Positions 59,180 to 64,000 of a stretch of 64,000 nt of DNA are shown in pieces. The notes beneath the pieces are model-generated. The model saw only the letters and a program-made list of their open reading frames with translations. It was not told the DNA's origin and made no database searches. Position numbers and translations under genes: made by a program. Each line of letters starts with the position of its first letter. Position 1 is the first letter of the stretch. Origin of the DNA: an uncultured Actinomycetota bacterium (GTDB taxonomy: Bacteria > Actinomycetota > Actinomycetes > JAHEKZ01); contig CAVQYR010000001.1 in assembly GCA_963718235.1 (NCBI GenBank), positions 1,664,001 to 1,728,000 on the forward strand, read 5' to 3'.

Positions 59180-60031
59180 ATGAGCGATCAAGGCACGGGA
59201 CGCCTCGGCGTCGGCGAGTACGGCGACACGATGTCGTTGCTCCGCCGCATCGTCGACGAAGCAGTCGACCCGGGGTATGCGCAGTCCACCGCGTCACCTC
59301 GCCGTACGGGCTCGCTCTGGTCTCGCCGGGTCGTGTTCGCCCTCACCCTCCTCGTCCTCGGGGCACTGCTCACTGCCGCCCTGGTCCAGGTGCGCCTAGG
59401 GGCGTCCGGGGTCGAGCGCGCGAGAACCGAGCTGTTGGAGCGCGTCGAGTCCGCCACGACCGCCACTGACCGGCTGGCCGGTGAGCTCGACGACACGCGG
59501 CAGAGCGTCCAGCTCCTGCGGGCCTCGACCTTGGCCGCGAGCGAGGAAGGACGTCGGGTCAACGAGGCTCTCGCGGCGCTGGGCGTCGTGGCAGGCGTGA
59601 CGGCGGTCCAGGGACCCGGGGTCACGGTCACCCTCGACGACGGGCCACCCTCACGCACCGAGCCCGGCGCGCCCGACCTCGCCCGGGTTCTCGACCGGGA
59701 CGTGCAACGGGCGGTCAACGGGCTGCTCGCCGCTGGGGCCGAGGTCGTCTCGGTCAACGGCCAACGGATCACCACGCTCAGCCCCATCCGGGCTGCCGGG
59801 GGAGCGGTGCTCGTCGGCTACCGACCCCTGACCCCGCCCTACACGGTGACCGCACTGGGGGACCCTCAGGTGCTGGCGACCGCCTTCGCCGATGGGCCGG
59901 ACGGTCGCGCCCTGGAGGCCCTCGCGCAGACTTACGGGATCCGACTCGACGTGGAGACCAGCGACCGGCTCGAGGTCCCGGCCGTCGACTCGGTCACCCT
60001 GCGGTTCGCGCAGGCAGAGAGGGACTCATGA
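59180..60031 (+). CDS. DUF881 family protein
   Basis: Motifs DPGYA, GPG..VTL.D, L..AGAE...VNGQR, PPY...A.GDP. Confidence 0.9.
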   Translation: MSDQGTGRLGVGEYGDTMSLLRRIVDEAVDPGYAQSTASPRRTGSLWSRRVVFALTLLVLGALLTAALVQVRLGASGVERARTELLERVESATTATDRLAGELDDTRQSVQLLRASTLAASEEGRRVNEALAALGVVAGVTAVQGPGVTVTLDDGPPSRTEPGAPDLARVLDRDVQRAVNGLLAAGAEVVSVNGQRITTLSPIRAAGGAVLVGYRPLTPPYTVTALGDPQVLATAFADGPDGRALEALAQTYGIRLDVETSDRLEVPAVDSVTLRFAQAERDS

Positions 60032-60360
60032 TCGCTGTTCTCGGACTGGTGGCCGGCATCGTCCTCGGCCTGGTCCTGCAACCCACCATCCCGCTGTGGA
60101 TGCAGCCCTACCTGCCGATCGCCGTCGTGGCGGCCCTCGACGCGGTCTTCGGCGCCTTCCGGGCCTACCTCGACGGCACGTTCAACGAGCGGGTCTTCGT
60201 GATCTCGTTCATCGGCAACGTCCTCGTGGCCGCCCTGGTGGTCTTCCTCGGCGACCAGCTCGGGGTCGGGGCGCAGCTGTCCACCGGGGTGGTCGTCGTC
60301 CTGTCCATCCGCATCTTCGTCAACGCGGCCGCCATTCGGCGCCACCTGTTCCATGCGTGA
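60028..60360 (+). CDS. Small basic protein (Sbp/DUF1290)
   Basis: Motifs YLPIAVVAALDAVFG and RIF.N.AAIRR. Confidence 0.92.
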   Translation: MIAVLGLVAGIVLGLVLQPTIPLWMQPYLPIAVVAALDAVFGAFRAYLDGTFNERVFVISFIGNVLVAALVVFLGDQLGVGAQLSTGVVVVLSIRIFVNAAAIRRHLFHA

Positions 60361-61126
60361 CCAGTCGGCCGACGAGCGGCCCCTCCCCGAGTCGTCACCG
60401 GACGGCACGACCGCTGCCGCCTGGGCCAAGGTGCGCCGGGCGCTGCACCCCAAGGCGAACGGGGGCCAGCTGGTCGTCGGGCTGCTGTTCGCCGCCCTGG
60501 GCTTCGCCCTGGTCACGCAGGTCCGATCAGCCCAGGGTGCTGAGGCGCTCGCGTCGGCCCGCCCGGACGACCTGGTGCGCATCCTGGACGACCTGCAAGA
60601 ACGCGAGGACCGGCTCCGGGCCGAGGCGGCCGCGCTGGCGGCGACGCGAGACGAGCTTCTCGGTGGAGTCGACCAGGCCGGCGCCGCACTCGAGCGCGCC
60701 CGTGACCAGGCCCAGACCCTCGGCATCCTGGCCGGGACCCTGCCGGCGTCCGGGCCCGGCATCACGGTCACGGTGGTCGACCGAGAGGGAGGTGTCGACG
60801 CTGCTCTGCTGCTGGACGCCGTCCAGGAGCTGCGTGACGCCGGCGCCGAGGCGATCCAGATCGACGGTCAGCGGGTGGTGGCCTCGACCGCGTTCGTGGA
60901 CACCCCTGAGGGCATCGCGATCGACGGCGAGCTCGTCGAGCCGCCGTACGACCTTGCGGTGATCGGCGACCCGGAGACCCTGGCCTCGGCCCTGGCGATC
61001 CCCGGTGGGGTGCTGGAGTCGGTGCGCAACGCGGGTGGGGACGGGCTGGTCGAGCAGCGGGACGTCGTCGATGTGACCGCCTTGAGGCCGCTGGAGCCCC
61101 CTGAGTACGCTCGCCCGGCGCAGTGA
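60353..61126 (+). CDS. DUF881 family protein
   Basis: Motifs ELRDAGAEAIQI, PPY...VIGDP, IPGGV. Confidence 0.9.
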   Translation: MRDQSADERPLPESSPDGTTAAAWAKVRRALHPKANGGQLVVGLLFAALGFALVTQVRSAQGAEALASARPDDLVRILDDLQEREDRLRAEAAALAATRDELLGGVDQAGAALERARDQAQTLGILAGTLPASGPGITVTVVDREGGVDAALLLDAVQELRDAGAEAIQIDGQRVVASTAFVDTPEGIAIDGELVEPPYDLAVIGDPETLASALAIPGGVLESVRNAGGDGLVEQRDVVDVTALRPLEPPEYARPAQ

Positions 61127-61196
61127 GTCACGTAGATTCGGTCATGCGGACCAGTGCCGTACGGAGCACGTCGAGTAGGAACCCTCTGGAGGACAT

Positions 61197-61580
61197 GTGT
61201 ACCCCGACGACCTGAAGTACACCGTCGAGCACGAGTGGGTGCGCACCGACGACGACGGCACCGTGACCTTCGGCATCACCGACTTCGCCCAGGACGCCCT
61301 GGGCGACATCGTCTTCGTCACCCTGCCGGCACCGGACGCCGAGGTGAGCACCGGCGATGCGATCGGTGAGGTCGAGTCGACCAAGAGCGTCAGCGACGTC
61401 TACGCACCCCTGAGCGGGACCGTCGTCGCTCGCAACGACGCGCTGGAGGCCACCCCGGAGATCATCAACTCCGACCCGTACGGCGAGGGGTGGATGGTGC
61501 GGATGCGCCCGGCGGACCCGGCCGCGCTGGAGCAGCTGCTGGACGCCGACGGCTACGCCGCGCACGTCGCCCAGTCCTGA
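61197..61580 (+). CDS. gcvH: Glycine cleavage system H protein
   Basis: Motifs Y..EHEW, GITDFAQ..LGD, lipoyl site VESTKSVS, N.DPYGEGW. Confidence 0.97.
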   Translation: MYPDDLKYTVEHEWVRTDDDGTVTFGITDFAQDALGDIVFVTLPAPDAEVSTGDAIGEVESTKSVSDVYAPLSGTVVARNDALEATPEIINSDPYGEGWMVRMRPADPAALEQLLDADGYAAHVAQS

Positions 61581-61637
61581 GCGCGCGCCTCCGCTCCCCT
61601 CCGTCGCCCGGCTGGAGCACGGACTGCTCCGATCCGG

Positions 61638-61702
61638 TTGACCCGGTCCTGGCTTGGGTCATAGGTTCCGAGTGAACCGTCAAGTTGATGTTGACTGTTC
61701 AC
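61638..61702 (+). promoter_or_regulatory. garA-operon promoter with 25-bp palindrome, copy 4, over the predicted start site
   Basis: TTGACC-N18-TAGGTT (61638-61667). GTGAACCGTCAA-GTTGATG-TTGACTGTTCAC at 61672-61702. Confidence 0.7.
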
Positions 61703-61790
61703 GGTCCGCTCGTCCTGCCCTCGCGGACCTCCTTGTCCCGGCAGTGATCGGCGGGGGTCCTGCGACCCGCCGCCGAGCGAGAGGATTCCC

Positions 61791-62306
61791 ATGGCGCTGT
61801 GCTCGGTCTGCGGACACGACACCCCAGACCCGGAGGCCCGCTTCTGCGCCGGCTGCGGACGACCGCTGTTCGCCGCCTCGGCCGAGGAGACCTCGGTGCT
61901 GTCCGTCGGCGGTCCCGTTGTCGACGACGTCGTGGCCGGGGGTGACGTCGACGACGCCGCCACCGACGTCGGGGTCGTCGAGCGACTGTCGCCCGGAACG
62001 GCGCTGCTCGTGGTCAAGCGGGGACCGTCCTCAGGGGCGCGGTTCCTGCTGGATGCCGACGTCACCTCGGCCGGGCGACACCCGGAGAGCGACATCTTCC
62101 TCGACGACATCACGGTCTCCCGGCGGCACGCGGAGTTCCGCCGCGACGAGGAGGGCTTTCGGGTGGTCGACGTGGGGAGCCTCAACGGCACGTACGTGAA
62201 CCGGGCCAGGGTCGACGACGTCCGGCTCATCAACGCCGACGAGGTGCAGATCGGCAAGTACCGGTTGGTCTTCCTGTCGGCCGTGGTCGGCGAGGACGCC
62301 GAGTGA
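61791..62306 (+). CDS. garA: FHA-domain protein GarA/OdhI with N-terminal zinc ribbon
   Basis: CxxC..FCxxCG, an ETSV phospho-motif, and FHA motifs GRHP.SDIFLDD.TVSRRH, SLNGTYVN. Confidence 0.9.
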   Translation: MALCSVCGHDTPDPEARFCAGCGRPLFAASAEETSVLSVGGPVVDDVVAGGDVDDAATDVGVVERLSPGTALLVVKRGPSSGARFLLDADVTSAGRHPESDIFLDDITVSRRHAEFRRDEEGFRVVDVGSLNGTYVNRARVDDVRLINADEVQIGKYRLVFLSAVVGEDAE

Positions 62307-63040
62307 GCGCCACCGCCCCGGTCCAGGCCTCGCTGAGCATCGGCGAGGTGTTGGCCCAGCTGCGCCAGGAGTTCCCCGACGTCACGATCTCCAAGATCCG
62401 CTTCCTGGAGTCCGAGGGACTGGTCGAGCCGGAGCGGACGCCGTCGGGGTACCGCAAGTTCAACGCGATGCACGTCCAGCGACTCCGCTATGTCCTGGCC
62501 GCCCAGCGCGACCAGTACCTGCCGCTGAAGGTGATCCGTGAGCACCTCGCCGCGATGGACCGCGGTCTGCAGCCGCCGGAGACCCCCGGGGGAGGGCCGC
62601 GGGTCCCGGTCACGCTGGTCCAGAGCGACGGTTTCCCGGGCGCCGACGCGTTCGTCAAGGACGCCGCGGGGCTGAGGCTGTCGCGCGACGAGCTGGCCGC
62701 CTCGGCCGACATCGGCAGCGACCTGCTGGCAGCGCTGGAGAGCTTCGGGCTGGTCTCGGCGACACCAGGAGGTCACTACGACGGCGACGCGCTGCAGATC
62801 GCGAAGGCGGCCGGTGAGCTGAGCGCGTTCGGCCTCGAGCCTCGCCATCTGCGGGCGTTCAAGGCCGCCGCGGACCGCGAGGTGGGGCTGATCGAGCAGG
62901 TGGTCACTCCGCTGCGGCGCCAGCGCGGCGCGGAGGCGGCCGGCCGGGCCCAGGAGACCGAGCGCGAGCTGGCCGCGTTGTCGGTGCGGTTGCACGCCTC
63001 GCTCGTGACGTCGATGCTCGGGCAGGACCAGCGGCGCTGA
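62303..63040 (+). CDS. MerR-family regulator (Rv1828/FtsR-like)
   Basis: Motifs SIGEVL, ISKIRFLE.EGL..P.RT.SGYR, YLPLKVI, EPRHLR. Directly after garA. Confidence 0.9.
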   Translation: MSATAPVQASLSIGEVLAQLRQEFPDVTISKIRFLESEGLVEPERTPSGYRKFNAMHVQRLRYVLAAQRDQYLPLKVIREHLAAMDRGLQPPETPGGGPRVPVTLVQSDGFPGADAFVKDAAGLRLSRDELAASADIGSDLLAALESFGLVSATPGGHYDGDALQIAKAAGELSAFGLEPRHLRAFKAAADREVGLIEQVVTPLRRQRGAEAAGRAQETERELAALSVRLHASLVTSMLGQDQRR

Positions 63041-63048
63041 GCCGAGAC

Positions 63049-63088
63049 AACCGACCGAGCCTGAACCGACCGAGCCCGAACCGACCGA
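63049..63088. repeat. 15-bp tandem repeat, about 2.7 copies (AACCGACCGAGCCYG)
   Basis: Read directly. Confidence 0.75.
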
Positions 63089-63095
63089 AGGTAGG

Positions 63096-63575
63096 GTGAC
63101 GCACGTGAACCAGCTCGACGTCGTCGGCGTCCGGGTCGAGATGCCGTCCAACCAGCCGATCGTCCTGCTGCGCGAGCACGAGGGCGAGCGTTACCTCCCG
63201 ATCTGGATCGGCGCCGTGGAGGCGACTGCGATCGCCTTCGCCCAGCAGGGCGTGGTCCCGGCCCGCCCCCTGACCCATGACCTCCTGCGTGACGTGATCG
63301 CGGCAGTCGGTCGCACCGTCAGCCAGATCCAGATCACCGAGCTGCGCGACGGGGTGTTCTACGCCGACCTGCACTTCGACGACGGGACGGTCGTCAGCGC
63401 GCGGCCCTCCGACGCGATCGCCCTCGCCCTGCGCACGGGAACGACCATCTTCGGGGCCGAGGAGGTGCTCGCCGAGGCGGGAATCCTGATCCCGGACGAG
63501 CAGGAGGACGAGGTCGAGAAGTTCCGTGAGTTCCTCGACCAGATCTCGCCAGAGGATTTCGACACCACAGGGTGA
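63096..63575 (+). CDS. Bifunctional nuclease (DUF151) family protein
   Basis: Motifs LPIWIG..EA, RPLTHDL, ARPSDAIALALR. The start may be 63105. Confidence 0.93.
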   Translation: MTHVNQLDVVGVRVEMPSNQPIVLLREHEGERYLPIWIGAVEATAIAFAQQGVVPARPLTHDLLRDVIAAVGRTVSQIQITELRDGVFYADLHFDDGTVVSARPSDAIALALRTGTTIFGAEEVLAEAGILIPDEQEDEVEKFREFLDQISPEDFDTTG

Positions 63576-63705
63576 ACCTCGAGGTGGAGTTGAGGGTCAG
63601 AGTCGCCTCCGGCGTGTCGTGCCGAGCAGCGTTGACGACGTGCGGCGGCCTGCGTACCGTGCTCGACAGTCGTACCGACACCGCGGTACTTCCAGCCGTG
63701 TACTT
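63574..63705 (+). promoter_or_regulatory. Regulatory region of the second MerR gene: palindrome copy 5, GACAC motif, promoter and candidate auto-operator
   Basis: GAACCTCGA-GGTGGAG-TTGAGGGTC (63574-63598), GGCGTGTCG (63611-63619), TTGACG-N17-TACCGT (63632-63660), ACTTCCA-N4-TGTACTT (63688-63705). Confidence 0.6.
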
Positions 63706-63762
63706 CCTGCGGGACGGACCGGTCGACGCGAAGGCAGACGGCACGGAACCAGGGAGGCCCGC

Positions 63763-64000
63763 GTGACCAAGCCAGGCGAGAGCAGCGGAACGGCGACGAC
63801 CCCTGACCCGGCTGCTGCGGCGGCCGCGGTCGTGGGTGCCCAAGGTCTGCTGTTCGACGACCCGGTCTCCGCACTCCCCGCTGACTTCGGCTACCGGGGG
63901 CCCACCGCGTGCGCAGCCGCCGGCATCACCTACCGCCAGCTGGACTACTGGGCCCGCACCGGTCTGGTCGAGCCCGGGATCCGGCCGGCGTCCGGCTCGG
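63763..64000 (+). CDS. MerR-family regulator (Rv1830/McdR-like), 3' end outside the window
   Basis: Manual translation MTKPGE...QGLLF...GYRGPTACAAAGITYRQLDYWARTGLVEP. RBS GGGAGG. Confidence 0.9.
   Translation, partial: MTKPGESSGTATTPDPAAAAAAVVGAQGLLFDDPVSALPADFGYRGPTACAAAGITYRQLDYWARTGLVEPGIRPASGS

Overview
High-GC actinobacterial chromosome segment, mostly conserved core gene order: trmH-family methyltransferase (5' truncated), DUF222/HNH nuclease under a perfect LexA (SOS) box, PAS histidine kinase, pheST, argC-J-B-R-G-H (no argD/argF), mpg, tyrS, a complete 16S-23S-5S rRNA operon, the tlyA-ppnK-recN-steAB-murJ-pyrG-nudix-ald-xerD-parA-scpAB-rluB-aroH-tyrA-cmk-der block, tRNA-Pro(GGG) followed by a ~9 kb accessory stretch (IS481 remnants, two frameshifted exported proteins, a degenerate PriA/HisA paralog), then pgsA2-DUF881-sbp-DUF881-gcvH-garA-ftsR-like-BFN-MerR (3' truncated). 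The most striking signal is at 41.2-46.6 kb. A ParA ATPase is translationally coupled to a small ribbon-helix-helix protein, and the region carries in-phase 8-bp (RTCGRC-like) repeat arrays plus copies of a 25-bp palindrome. Several sit inside coding sequences, where they locally override the GC3 codon bias. This looks like a chromosomal type-Ib-like ParA/RHH centromere system interleaved with MerR (FtsR-like) sites. All calls come from reading the sequence and recalled family motifs; no database search was run.
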